A stretch of DNA of 40,908 bases from a virus (IMGVR_UViG_3300031949_000090:1-40908), one strand, 5' to 3'. Shown: positions 1 to 9,262, numbered from the stretch's first letter. Made by a program: numbers and translations. The notes: a model not told the origin generated them from the letters alone.

Positions 1-23
1 GCGGCGAGATTGGCCAGTGCGAA

Positions 24-212
24 TGTAATGGGCCAGGGGAGATGACACGGGATCATGCTGGATTTAGCGGGATTTCCGGCGCGCGCGATGGCCCGCGGTC
101 GGGCGTATTGAAGGGTAGTTGGCACGGGCGCGCGCCTGGTGATGCCGCTGGGGGGCTGGAAACGGGGGTGAGGGGGCGCGCGCCGAGCGCGAGCAGGAAT
201 TCATAGTTGGCA
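24..212 (+). repeat. Left end (attL-like) with putative transposase-binding sites
   Basis: TGTAATGGGCCAGGGGAGATGACA (24-47) matches the reverse complement of the right end at 18/24 positions; GTAGTTGGCACGGGC at 115-129 and TAGTTGGCA at 204-212. Confidence 0.8.
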
Positions 213-276
213 TAAAACCGCGCAATAGTTGCGCGGTCGGCACGGGGCGACGGGCGGTCGATGGATCGTCGAAGGG

Positions 277-1338
277 TCATCGATTCCCCCTGTTGTCCAG
301 CGGCGGGGGTTCGTAGCCTGCGGCTCGAGCTCTGGCCCGGATGTCCTCGGCGATCGTCTTGCGGCGCTGCTCGGAATCGCCGCGGAGCTGGAGGTCCTGG
401 AATCGCCGCTGGAGGGCGTTGCGGTCCTGTGTGCTCAGCATCGGATCGTTCAGGTCCATCTGGCCGACCTTGAGAACGGCCGGGCTGGCGAGCTGCTCGA
501 TGAAGGCGGCGGTGGACTTGCTGCAATTCGGATGGAAGGGGGGCTCGCTGGGGAGCTGGGTGATGGCGGGGAAGCGGGGGTGATTGCCGGAGAGAGAGAA
601 AACCTTCCCCACGTAAGCGGTGCAGAAGTTTTTGCTGATGCGGCCGAGGATGATGACCAGGTCGATGCCCTCTTCGTTCAGGCGTTCGTGGCGGGCGATG
701 GTGCTGGCCTCTCTGGCTCGGGTGTGAACGACCATCTTGGCGTACGAACCGGCGTCGAAGTCCATCGGATCTCCGTTCTTGTTGATCACGGTCACGACGT
801 TGCCGTTGTGGATTTTCTTGAGGCGTTCGCGGAGTTCGCGGATGGGCTGGGCGGGCTTGCCCTCGATGACGCCGCCGGCGATGAGGCGGTTGACCTCCTC
901 CACCTTCAGGCCGTTGTCGGCCATGGCGTGGAGGGTTTTTCCCAGGGCCTTTTGGGTGGAGTCGATGGAACGGGCGATGTCGGCGGCGGTGTCGCGGGCG
1001 ATGACCTCCACTGTGCGGGTGTCGATCAGCGCGAAGTTGGGCCGGAGGACGTCGTTGGCGAGGTCGGGCGGGATGCGCATAGCATCGATCATGCGCTGGG
1101 CGCCGAGGCGGCCATCGCGCTGGGCCTGCTGTAGGGCGGCGGCGGCGATCTGGTTGGATGTGGACTTGAGCTTTTGCAGCTCGCGCACGACCTGGGCGTA
1201 CTGGCTCTGGGCGCGGGCGCGGGTCCATTCGACGCTGGGTCCGCCGGGGGGCTGTTCGATCAGCACGCGCAGCTTCTTCGCCGCCTCCTGCCAGTAGGAG
1301 GCGAGGATGTCTTCGTAGCTGGGCGGGCGTTTAGCCAT
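277..1338 (-). CDS. Phage minor capsid / head morphogenesis protein (Mu gpF / SPP1 gp7-like role)
   Basis: Motifs YAKMVVHTRAREA, C..YVGKVFS, PPFHPNC typical of minor capsid proteins. Confidence 0.85.
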   Translation of the reverse strand: MAKRPPSYEDILASYWQEAAKKLRVLIEQPPGGPSVEWTRARAQSQYAQVVRELQKLKSTSNQIAAAALQQAQRDGRLGAQRMIDAMRIPPDLANDVLRPNFALIDTRTVEVIARDTAADIARSIDSTQKALGKTLHAMADNGLKVEEVNRLIAGGVIEGKPAQPIRELRERLKKIHNGNVVTVINKNGDPMDFDAGSYAKMVVHTRAREASTIARHERLNEEGIDLVIILGRISKNFCTAYVGKVFSLSGNHPRFPAITQLPSEPPFHPNCSKSTAAFIEQLASPAVLKVGQMDLNDPMLSTQDRNALQRRFQDLQLRGDSEQRRKTIAEDIRARARAAGYEPPPLDNRGNR

Positions 1339-1380
1339 TGCGGGAGTTGCCAGTTGCCAGTTGGTAGTTGCCAGCGGAGA

Positions 1381-1818
1381 TCATCTTCCCAGCTTCCTGT
1401 TGATTTCGTCCTGGATGAACTCGGGGAACTTGTCCTTCTCGGCGATGACGGCGGTTTCGAGGTACTTCGCCTGGCCTTGCTCGTGGGTGTAGTCCAGTCG
1501 CTCGTGCTGGACGGCGGCGTATTCGGCGTTGAAGCCGCTCACCTGTTCGACCTTGTCGCCCGTGCCGACCGGCGGTTCGACGGTGGCGGAGTTCTTGAGG
1601 AATCCGGGCTGGGCGGTCTTGGCGAACTTGCGGGCCGGAGGCGGGCCTTTGACCATGTATCCCTTGTTCACCGGGGCGAGGTCGGCGGCCACGCCGATGA
1701 GGTGGCGGGAGAACTTGTTGACTGCTTCGGGGACGGCCTGGTCGGCGATGATTCGTTCGGCCTCGGAGAGGCCGGCGAGGAAGGAGGAGATGTCGGTGCT
1801 TGCGCTCATGAGTTGCAA
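1381..1818 (-). CDS. HK97 gp10-like tail completion/neck protein
   Basis: LAPV..G.L..S...GFNAEYAAVQHE...GQAKYLE pattern. Confidence 0.8.
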   Translation of the reverse strand: MQLMSASTDISSFLAGLSEAERIIADQAVPEAVNKFSRHLIGVAADLAPVNKGYMVKGPPPARKFAKTAQPGFLKNSATVEPPVGTGDKVEQVSGFNAEYAAVQHERLDYTHEQGQAKYLETAVIAEKDKFPEFIQDEINRKLGR

Positions 1819-1857
1819 TCCGTTGCAAGGCGGCGATCAGCTTTCAGCGGTCAGCTT

Positions 1858-2286
1858 TCAGCTATCGGCTGCGGCCTCCTGTTCCTGGCGGCGGGAGATG
1901 CTCTTGAGCATCTCGATCACCGCGTTGGCCTCTTTAAAATTGCAGTCCTCGGGTCGGCCGCAGCGGCCCTTGGTGACCCGGCGGATCAGGCCGGCCATGT
2001 CGTAGTTGTCCACCGCCGCGGCGAGTTCGGCGATCTTGTGGAGCTGCCTCGCGTCCGCGTCGATGCCGCGTCGAAAGGTCTTCGATCGCCAGTAATCGGC
2101 CGGCTGGCCGAGGTGGCGGAAGCCTCGGTGTTCGAGGTGGGCCATGACGTCCTCGAAGGATTTGTTGGTGAGGTCCTTTGACGATTTCACGCCGGCGATG
2201 TTGGCGAGGATCTCGCGGTAGTCGGCCTCGTCCAGGCCGAGCTGGCGGCGGGCGGCGTGGATGAGGGTGAGTTGTTGGTTGGTCAT
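1858..2286 (-). CDS. gemA: GemA/Gp16 family regulatory protein (DUF1018)
   Basis: IHAARRQLGLDEADYREIL..GVKSSKDL..RGF and C-terminal EANAVIEMLK; hallmark of transposable phages. Confidence 0.9.
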   Translation of the reverse strand: MTNQQLTLIHAARRQLGLDEADYREILANIAGVKSSKDLTNKSFEDVMAHLEHRGFRHLGQPADYWRSKTFRRGIDADARQLHKIAELAAAVDNYDMAGLIRRVTKGRCGRPEDCNFKEANAVIEMLKSISRRQEQEAAADS

Positions 2287-2314
2287 TGGTCACTCGTCAG
2301 TAAGCGGTCAGCGA

Positions 2315-2713
2315 TCAGCTTTCAGCTATCAGTCTCGCCGGCCGGATCATCTCGGCGATCTCCGCTCGCTCGCGTTTGATCCGGCGCTTAGCGCGACAGC
2401 GGGCCTCCCTCTTCTTCGCCAGGGAAAGCCGCACTGGATCGCATCGCAGGTCCCGGAAGTGCTGTGGATCCCAGAATATCTTGTATCCGCGCAGATCGCG
2501 CGAGCCGTCGTAACTGACGGTATTGCATTCGCCGGGCGGGGCGATCGCGTAGATCTCCGCCTCGGCGACGATGTGTTTGCCGACGCGGAAGAGCAGCGCA
2601 TCGCCCTCCTCCGCCCGCGGTTTCCACCGGCCGATCGACCAGAGGCGCACATAACCTGGCGGGCATTCGCCGAAGAGCCATGCCTCATGCTCGGGGGGGA
2701 TGTTGATGGTCAA
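2315..2713 (-). CDS. Hypothetical protein, possibly ASCH/PUA-like
   Basis: TTG start after GGAGGG overlapping the upstream stop; GDALLF...IVAEAEI resembles PUA/ASCH strands. Confidence 0.55.
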   Translation of the reverse strand: MTINIPPEHEAWLFGECPPGYVRLWSIGRWKPRAEEGDALLFRVGKHIVAEAEIYAIAPPGECNTVSYDGSRDLRGYKIFWDPQHFRDLRCDPVRLSLAKKREARCRAKRRIKRERAEIAEMIRPARLIAES

Positions 2714-3147
2714 GGCAATCCCTCCTGGAGTGTGCGGCACATGGGGCAGCGGGTGATGGACATGGCCGGCAGGCCGGCGCAGGTGGGGCAGACGTTCAGG
2801 GCGGCGGTGATGACCGATGCGCCGTGGCTGGTCTGCTGGGCATCCAGGGCGACGTCCTCGGCGACGCCGGCCAATCCCTCCAGGCGATCAATCTCTTCCT
2901 GTAGCCGCTTCACCTTCGGAACGTCCTTCTCCGCGCGCGGGCTTATCATGCGGTAGGCGTGCTTCACTTGGTCCACGGTCCCGCCGGTGCGCTGGGCCTC
3001 GGCGACACAGAGCAGGTGCATCGCCTCGGTGTCGAGCATGAACCATCGCAGATCGACATCAAGCCGGATGCGCTCCAGTACATAGTGGACGGCCTGCTCG
3101 GCCGGGGTCAGGCACTGATCGACGGCGATAACCGTGTCCCGCATCAT
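2710..3147 (-). CDS. Hypothetical protein with C-terminal CxxC..CxxC zinc ribbon
   Basis: GGAGG RBS before ATG 3147; CPTC...CPMC; coupled to neighbours. Confidence 0.65.
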   Translation of the reverse strand: MMRDTVIAVDQCLTPAEQAVHYVLERIRLDVDLRWFMLDTEAMHLLCVAEAQRTGGTVDQVKHAYRMISPRAEKDVPKVKRLQEEIDRLEGLAGVAEDVALDAQQTSHGASVITAALNVCPTCAGLPAMSITRCPMCRTLQEGLP

Positions 3148-3413
3148 GGCAGGTCCTCCATCAGGCTGGGATCGTCGGCGTGTCCATCGCGGGCGACGTG
3201 GTAGTCGGCGGCCTTCCGCGCGCGATCGCGGCCGGATTCGGTGATACGGATGGCGTTGCGCCAGCCGCGGCTGGTGGGCACGTCCCAGCGCTCCGCATAG
3301 CCGCGGGCGATCAGGGCCTTGGCTGTTGAGCGGTCGCTGAGGGAGACACCAATGGGCGAGGCCAGGGCGGCGCGGAGGATGGCGAGCTGGAGGTTGTGGA
3401 GCTTGCGCTTCAT
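3144..3413 (-). CDS. Hypothetical winged-helix-like protein
   Basis: ATGA overlaps on both sides; ALIARGY...IRITESGR pattern. Confidence 0.6.
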   Translation of the reverse strand: MKRKLHNLQLAILRAALASPIGVSLSDRSTAKALIARGYAERWDVPTSRGWRNAIRITESGRDRARKAADYHVARDGHADDPSLMEDLP

Positions 3414-4546
3414 GATGGCACCTCGTTCCATTCGCGGCCGTCGAGGAGGCGGCCGGCGGCTTTCTTGCCGACGCGGGCCATGATGTAATCATCCATATAT
3501 AGAGATTCGCCGCCGATCGCGCGCGCGTGCCCATTGCCGCCAAGGATGATCTTGTCTTTATCTTGGACCCCGACGGCGGAGCCGGCGGGAATATACTCCC
3601 CCCACTGTTTGAAGAAGAAGGCGGTGCCGGCGGATTGGCACTGGTCGCGGATGTCGCGGGGCCAGTCGGGGTGCATGGGCCGGGCGTGGGGGCCGCTCTC
3701 GCCGCCGACGATGACCCATGATCCGTAGTTGCCCTCGTGCTGATCTTCGGGGTGATCGCTCGGCGACTGCAGCCAGGGTGGACCGTTGACGCCCCAATCC
3801 AGCCATGGGGTCAGGTCAATCGGCCCCAGCAGCGGCTCGATCGACAGCCCGAGCACGGGGGCTAAGCCGACGCAGGCCAGCAGCTCCGGGATCCGCTTGT
3901 CGGCAGTCGCCTGATCCTCGATGCTGGTCAGGAGCCAGACGTTCTCGCGATACCACGATGCGCTGATGTTGCACTGCCGGCAGACCCACCCATCCTCATT
4001 GGCGTCGAGCTCAAACAGGCGCTCCCTTTGGATCTCATCCTTCAGGTCGCTGAAGGCGCCGCACTGCTGGCACCGATCCCATGGCGTCTTATGCCACTTG
4101 TCGCGAATGTTTTCCGGCCGCTTGGTCAGCAGCAGCCAGTCCAGGTTCGGCGTGCGTTCGATGAGATCGAACAGCCGCCCGCGGGCGTCGGCGACGGCGG
4201 CGTGGGAATCCTTCGGCATCGTGTCTTCCCCCTCGAAGACATCCATCAGCGAGCCGCAGAAGACGCGCGGGCGGACCTTCTGCGGGCAGGCATCGGAGTG
4301 ATCGCCGGCATTGCAGTCGAAGCTCTTGATGCACGCGGCGGCGGCGTTCCACGCCAGCGGCTGGCGCCAATAACTCTCGGCGGCGATGGCCCGGCTGCCG
4401 TCCCTGCCCCAGATCCCGAGCACGCCGGGATTGCGCTTGCTGGTCGCCTCGGCGTAGCAGTGGGCGCAGCCTGGAGAAACCTTCGTGCACCCGCGCCAGG
4501 GGTTGAAGGTGTGCGTCGTCCATTCGATCTTGCTGTTGGCACCCAT
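3410..4546 (-). CDS. Phage Gp37/Gp68 (DUF5131) radical-SAM-like protein
   Basis: SKIEWT.HTFNPWRGCTKVSPGCAHCYAE, LLTKRPEN, SIEPLLG, WVIVGGESG, FFFKQWG. Confidence 0.93.
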   Translation of the reverse strand: MGANSKIEWTTHTFNPWRGCTKVSPGCAHCYAEATSKRNPGVLGIWGRDGSRAIAAESYWRQPLAWNAAAACIKSFDCNAGDHSDACPQKVRPRVFCGSLMDVFEGEDTMPKDSHAAVADARGRLFDLIERTPNLDWLLLTKRPENIRDKWHKTPWDRCQQCGAFSDLKDEIQRERLFELDANEDGWVCRQCNISASWYRENVWLLTSIEDQATADKRIPELLACVGLAPVLGLSIEPLLGPIDLTPWLDWGVNGPPWLQSPSDHPEDQHEGNYGSWVIVGGESGPHARPMHPDWPRDIRDQCQSAGTAFFFKQWGEYIPAGSAVGVQDKDKIILGGNGHARAIGGESLYMDDYIMARVGKKAAGRLLDGREWNEVPS

Positions 4547-4917
4547 TACGGCGTCTTCCTTCCCATCTGATCCGGGGTGACTTCGCCGGCGTCGAAGTGC
4601 CGGCGGCGGTCCTGCCCGCCCATGGCCCGCTCGATCTCCGGCTCGTACTTCTTGCACATCTCGGCCACGGCAAAGGCGAGCCGCTCGCTACGGATCTCCG
4701 CGCCGACCAACCAGTCCAGGTAGAGCGGATCATCGGCGAGGATCTGCCCGAGCTGCTTTCCCTTGTACTTACCGAACGGCATGATGACATTCTCCGGCCG
4801 GGAGGCGTGGGTCAGCTCGGTCGGCAGCTCGGTCGGCCGGCGCGGGGCGGGCGCGTAGTACTGATGGGCGATCCGGTTTGTGTTGTCGCTCATGCTGGAT
4901 CGGGGTCTTATTTTCAT
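4546..4917 (-). CDS. DUF3820 / exonuclease-X C-terminal-like protein
   Basis: MPFGKYKGKQL....DPLYLDW motif; start may be 4893. Confidence 0.7.
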   Translation of the reverse strand: MKIRPRSSMSDNTNRIAHQYYAPAPRRPTELPTELTHASRPENVIMPFGKYKGKQLGQILADDPLYLDWLVGAEIRSERLAFAVAEMCKKYEPEIERAMGGQDRRRHFDAGEVTPDQMGRKTP

Positions 4918-4954
4918 GGTTGGTAGTTGGTAGTTGGTAGTGGGTAGTTGGTAG

Positions 4955-5215
4955 TCAGACGACGCACGGATGGGTCAGGGCCTCGTACTCGCGCCGATGC
5001 TCCAAAGCGAACTGTCCCGCATTCTCGCACCGGCTTTTAAGGGACTGCAAAACATCGCTGGCGATCGCGCGAGCGAGCTTCTGCTGGAGGATCTGCCAGT
5101 CCGGCCCCTCCGTGATCTCTACGGACAACTGGACCACGGCGTGGAGCTGGTCGATGCGCACGTGCATCTCCACGATCGTTTGCGTCTCGGATTTGCTGGT
5201 CGCTTCGTGGCTCAT
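4955..5215 (-). CDS. Hypothetical protein
   Basis: GAGGAG RBS; protein-like composition; in operon orientation. Confidence 0.6.
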   Translation of the reverse strand: MSHEATSKSETQTIVEMHVRIDQLHAVVQLSVEITEGPDWQILQQKLARAIASDVLQSLKSRCENAGQFALEHRREYEALTHPCVV

Positions 5216-5246
5216 GATCGGCTCCTCGGTTGCGTCGTCGGTTGCG

Positions 5247-5271
5247 CCCTCCCTTACGGTCGGGCCTCGTT
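5247..5271 (-). repeat. 25-bp REP-like element AACGAG.C.CGACCGTAAGGGAG.G (copies at 9721-9745 minus and 32213-32237 plus)
   Basis: Three near-identical copies, each on the sense strand just after a stop codon. Confidence 0.8.
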
Positions 5272-5275
5272 TTGT

Positions 5276-6436
5276 TCATCCCGCCGCGGCGACTCTGGAC
5301 GTCATCCGCAGGCTCATATCCTTCTCCAGTTGCCCCGCCGCCCGCACGCCCAGGCGCTCGCGCTGCAGGTCCTCCAGCATCTCCAGCGTGATCGCCCGGC
5401 CGTCGGCGCCGGGCTTGCTCATCAGCAGCCCGACCAGGATCGCCACCGTCCGCAGCCCGCCCATCTTGGGCTTGTTGCTCAGTTCCTTCAGATACTGCTC
5501 GGCCTCGCCCGTCGCCCGAACCTGCATGCCGGCCAAAACCTTGCGGATGTCATCGACGTTGTGCAGGCCGGGACCACCATCCGACCGGCTGGCGGCATAC
5601 GTCAGATCCAGCCACCACTTCACCCGGCCGTAGATCTGCTCCACGCTGTCCCGATCGTTGCGGGCCGTCTCGATGTAGTTGGCGATGTCGGCCGTGCCGA
5701 TCCAGAGCATGGGACAGCCGGTCAGATCGTGCAGGTCTCGCAGCGCGTGCAGGCCCTCATCCTTCTGCCGGCCACAGAGCTTGTGCACCTCATCCACGAT
5801 GATCAACCGGCCGGAGTCCTTCAGCAGCGTCACGAGCTGCTCCTGGAGCTGATAGCTGGTCAGCTTCAATCCGGTGAGCCGGAGCTGCTTGGCCAGCGTG
5901 TCATACACGGCCAGCTTGCTCATCCCGGCCGTGCTGATGCGCATCAAGACGCTGCCGGGAATCTCTCCGCGAAGGAACTGCGCCGTCATCGTCTTGCCGA
6001 TGCCGCTGGGCCCGTGGACGATGTAGATGCCCGGCTCATTGTGCCGCATGGCCATCTTGGCCACGCCGATGATCTCCAGCGCCGTCGTCGTCTTGACGAA
6101 GCGATCGTCCTTCGGGGCCGACTCGCGCGCGAGCTGGATCTCCGTCCACTTGTCGATCTGGCGGATGCGGCTCTCCGTGTCGCCGGCATAGTTCCCGCTG
6201 AGCACCTGGCTCAGCGTGGAGGGCTTGATGCTCAGCGATCGCGCGGCCCATCCCTCGCTCTTGCCCAGGCGGGCCAGCAGCTCGCGAAAGCGGGTGATGA
6301 TTGCGGTGGTCAATTCCGGCGTCAGTTCCTGGTCATCGCGCAGCATCCGTGCATCTCCTAAAAGCCTGGCTTCCGTCTCCAGGCGCTTGGACCAATGTTC
6401 AGGCAACGGCTCGTTGGCCTGGCGTGGGCGCATCAT
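5276..6436 (-). CDS. MuB-like transposition ATPase (AAA+ with N-terminal HTH)
   Basis: Walker A GPSGIGKT, Walker B LIIVDEVH; directly downstream of MuA. Confidence 0.93.
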   Translation of the reverse strand: MMRPRQANEPLPEHWSKRLETEARLLGDARMLRDDQELTPELTTAIITRFRELLARLGKSEGWAARSLSIKPSTLSQVLSGNYAGDTESRIRQIDKWTEIQLARESAPKDDRFVKTTTALEIIGVAKMAMRHNEPGIYIVHGPSGIGKTMTAQFLRGEIPGSVLMRISTAGMSKLAVYDTLAKQLRLTGLKLTSYQLQEQLVTLLKDSGRLIIVDEVHKLCGRQKDEGLHALRDLHDLTGCPMLWIGTADIANYIETARNDRDSVEQIYGRVKWWLDLTYAASRSDGGPGLHNVDDIRKVLAGMQVRATGEAEQYLKELSNKPKMGGLRTVAILVGLLMSKPGADGRAITLEMLEDLQRERLGVRAAGQLEKDMSLRMTSRVAAAG

Positions 6437-8565
6437 CAGTCATCCTCCGCGAAAGCGGCCAAGGTCGGACTGATCGTTCTCTCCATATGCTCGCGCCCAC
6501 GCCCATGCCCGCGCCCGCGGGGGCTCATGCCCTCCGCCCCCGCGGCCCGGCGGAGCATCTGATGATCGTCATTTGACTGCCCCTCGAAGCCCGTTCGAAC
6601 CGGGCGTAAAGTGGGCGTCGGCGGCTCGGGAAGCGGGCTTTCGGCCGAGCGCCGGCGCGACTCGGCCAGGGCATCCTCCACCAGCAGCTCCGTGGGCGAA
6701 TCGATCCGCCGCATGCCCCGCGCCTGGACGGCGGCCAGGGCCTTGTTGTGCTCCTGCATCTTCCGATACGCCGCGCGGTACTGCGGCTCATCGGTGGTAT
6801 CGAAGATCTCCCGGCCGGTCATCTGCACCGTGCAGATGCGATGCTGGCCGGCGTAATGCCAGACCTGGCAGCAGGTGACATCGGCCGGGTCGTAGGCGAC
6901 GATCACCTTCTGCCCGAGCAGCGGGCGAAGGGCCGGATCGCCCCGGCCGTAGTTCCGGCCCGCGAAGGTGAGGCCGTTCTTGCCCACCTTCAGCCCGTCC
7001 TTGCCGCCGCCGGCGAAGCGCAGCAGGCACACATCCAGTGCCTCCATCGTCAGCAGGTTCTTCACCGTCAGGCACTGCTCGTAGATCTCATCGGGGCTGC
7101 GTCCGCCCATGCCGTCGCCGGTGTGCTCCTGGGCGTGATAGGCGCCGTCGAGCCACGCCGTCGCTTCGGCAACATAATCCTCGAACGTCGGCACGCGATT
7201 GGTCTTGAGCACATCCTTGAGCCGCTCGGGCTTGCGGTGGGTCGCCCCGCCGGTGTAGGTGGGGGTGAAGACGCCGAATTGTTCTTCGAACGTGCCGAAG
7301 AACGGCTCGATGCACTTGGCTTTGGGGTTGAACGGCCGGGCGTGGAGCTGCTTGATCCCGAGCAGGCCATAGACGCCGCGGAAGCGTTCCAGGTCGTTAT
7401 CAATGTGGATGCGTTGTTGCCGCTCCTTCTTGGTCTTGCCATCCCAGAACCACGCATCGTAGTCTTTTCCGTTGTCGGTGTAGGCGTGTTCCGGCCGGCA
7501 CATCTGGGCGCGGATGATGCCATCGCGCAGGGCCAGTAGGACGGTCGACGAATCCGGCTCGATGGGGCTGAACGCCCGGCCGATCAGCTTGCGGCTGCGG
7601 ATGTCCAGCCAGCCCGTGAGCCACGGCCGGATGATCTTGCCCTTGTAACTGACCAGCGTGTCGCAGATGTGGTGATCGCCGACCCAGAGGTCGTGCGTCC
7701 GCATGTCCCGCTCGATCGTCTGGCCATTCTCCGAGACGCGGATGCGGGTGAAATCCCGCAGGCAGGAAGCCGCGCACAGATCATCGAACGCCTTCTCGCC
7801 CTTCCGCGCCCGCGTCCACCGGCCAAGCTGCGTCTGCTTGAGCATCTGCGCATACCGCCGGGCCGAGCGGGCCGAGGGGATGGCCAGGCCCAGCTTGCGG
7901 GCCTCGGCCCGGGCCAGCCGGTAACACGCCGTTGGCGATGGCTCGCCCTCCTCCAGCATCCACTTCTCCAGCAGCGGCCAGAAATCGGCGAAGGGGGAAT
8001 CCTCGCCGCCCTTGGTGCCCGCCCGCCGGCCGTCCAGCAGTCCCTGGCAGCCGGCCCGTTCGAACTTCGCCGTCCAGCGATCGAGTGTCCTCGGCGCCAC
8101 GCCCGGATGTTTCACCAGGAACTCCGCCGCCGCCTCGTCTTTGCGCTGGGCCGCCGCCCGCGCCCGCATCTTCATCCACGCCAGGACGATCGCCAGCCGG
8201 CCCTGGGCGACGGACCGGCTGGGCTCGGGGACGGCGAGCCAGTCGAATTTCGCGGCCCGCTCTTCCGGTGTGCCGGCGAAGTTCTTCAGCCGCGGATCGG
8301 CGTGTTCGGAGACCTGCCAGACGTCCAGGCCGAACCGATCGGCCTTCCGCGCCAGCGCCCGATCGGACAGATCGCCCAGGCATTTATTCCGCATCGCCCC
8401 CACTGTGATCCCCGCCAGGCGGGCGGCATCGTCGATCCAGATCCAGCGGCAGCCGTTGGAGTAGTCGGCGACCTCGGCGCCCGCGCCCGCGCCCAGACGC
8501 ATCCGGGGGAAAGCAACCGCAGAGGCCGCAGAGATCGCAGAGGTTGGGGGGAGGTCATTGGTCAT
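6436..8565 (-). CDS. MuA-like DDE transposase
   Basis: WVGDH, YTDNGKDY, PKAKCIEPFF catalytic pattern; HTH N-terminus; C-terminal V.YDP.D Mu transposase domain. Confidence 0.95.
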   Translation of the reverse strand: MTNDLPPTSAISAASAVAFPRMRLGAGAGAEVADYSNGCRWIWIDDAARLAGITVGAMRNKCLGDLSDRALARKADRFGLDVWQVSEHADPRLKNFAGTPEERAAKFDWLAVPEPSRSVAQGRLAIVLAWMKMRARAAAQRKDEAAAEFLVKHPGVAPRTLDRWTAKFERAGCQGLLDGRRAGTKGGEDSPFADFWPLLEKWMLEEGEPSPTACYRLARAEARKLGLAIPSARSARRYAQMLKQTQLGRWTRARKGEKAFDDLCAASCLRDFTRIRVSENGQTIERDMRTHDLWVGDHHICDTLVSYKGKIIRPWLTGWLDIRSRKLIGRAFSPIEPDSSTVLLALRDGIIRAQMCRPEHAYTDNGKDYDAWFWDGKTKKERQQRIHIDNDLERFRGVYGLLGIKQLHARPFNPKAKCIEPFFGTFEEQFGVFTPTYTGGATHRKPERLKDVLKTNRVPTFEDYVAEATAWLDGAYHAQEHTGDGMGGRSPDEIYEQCLTVKNLLTMEALDVCLLRFAGGGKDGLKVGKNGLTFAGRNYGRGDPALRPLLGQKVIVAYDPADVTCCQVWHYAGQHRICTVQMTGREIFDTTDEPQYRAAYRKMQEHNKALAAVQARGMRRIDSPTELLVEDALAESRRRSAESPLPEPPTPTLRPVRTGFEGQSNDDHQMLRRAAGAEGMSPRGRGHGRGREHMERTISPTLAAFAEDD

Positions 8566-8807
8566 TTGGACTCAGTCGGCAGGGTGACCGCTCGAACGAA
8601 TTCTCGTTCACTCAATTCATCAGTGCAGCCCTCGTTAAACCACTCAACAATCGCGCGACCCCAGGCAACTGGATCACCCTGAAACGACGGCCTCTCCCCA
8701 TAGCCTCGCACATGCGCGGGCTCTTCTCCGATCTCTTTGTCGAACTCCTCCCACCATTCCTCTTTAGTGGCCTTCTTGCGGACTAGAATCTTGAATTTCA
8801 TTCTCAT
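8562..8807 (-). CDS. Small acidic hypothetical protein, lower GC
   Basis: RBS supplied by the upstream repeat; stop overlaps the MuA start (ATGA). Confidence 0.65.
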   Translation of the reverse strand: MRMKFKILVRKKATKEEWWEEFDKEIGEEPAHVRGYGERPSFQGDPVAWGRAIVEWFNEGCTDELSEREFVRAVTLPTESK

Positions 8808-8846
8808 CGCTCACTCCGCGTTCTCCGCGTCTCTGCGGTTGCCTTT

Positions 8847-8882
8847 CCCCTTCGTGCCTATTGCCTCAGTGCCTTCGTGCCT
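8847..8882 (-). repeat. ~35-bp AGGCACGA-unit element (copies at ~10415-10449 minus and ~16645-16679 plus)
   Basis: AGGCACGAAGGCAC..AGGCA..AGGCACGAAGGG found three times. Confidence 0.8.
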
Positions 8883-9262
8883 TCCTCAGTGATTCTCCAC
8901 ACATCCGCCAGCGCTCCGGTCGGCGTCGGGCGCCGCTGGCCTGTGCGCTCGATCACGCCATCGGCCATCAATCCGCCCGCCCCGCCCAGCCGGCCACTGA
9001 TCTGATTCGGCGTGACCGGCATTGCCTCCCGACTACCTACTACCAACTCCCTACTCATCGCCTCCGCCATCTCGTGACACGTCATGCCGCGATCGCCCGC
9101 CGCGGCGAGCAGCTCGAGGATCTCCCGCTTACGCCGCGCCTCGGACTTCGCGGCTAGGTTCGCGGCTCGAAAGCTCGTCCCCACCGGCCCGCCGGGCGAC
9201 GGGGCGAGATGCCCCAGGCCGGGGGGAAGGGGGCGAGGATCGCGAGAGTCGAAGAGCGTCAT
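8858..9262 (-). CDS. Winged-helix DNA-binding protein
   Basis: ILELL...GMTCHEMA...ISGRL...GVIERTG.RR.T.TG..A.VW. Confidence 0.7.
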   Translation of the reverse strand: MTLFDSRDPRPLPPGLGHLAPSPGGPVGTSFRAANLAAKSEARRKREILELLAAAGDRGMTCHEMAEAMSRELVVGSREAMPVTPNQISGRLGGAGGLMADGVIERTGQRRPTPTGALADVWRITEEGTKALRQ

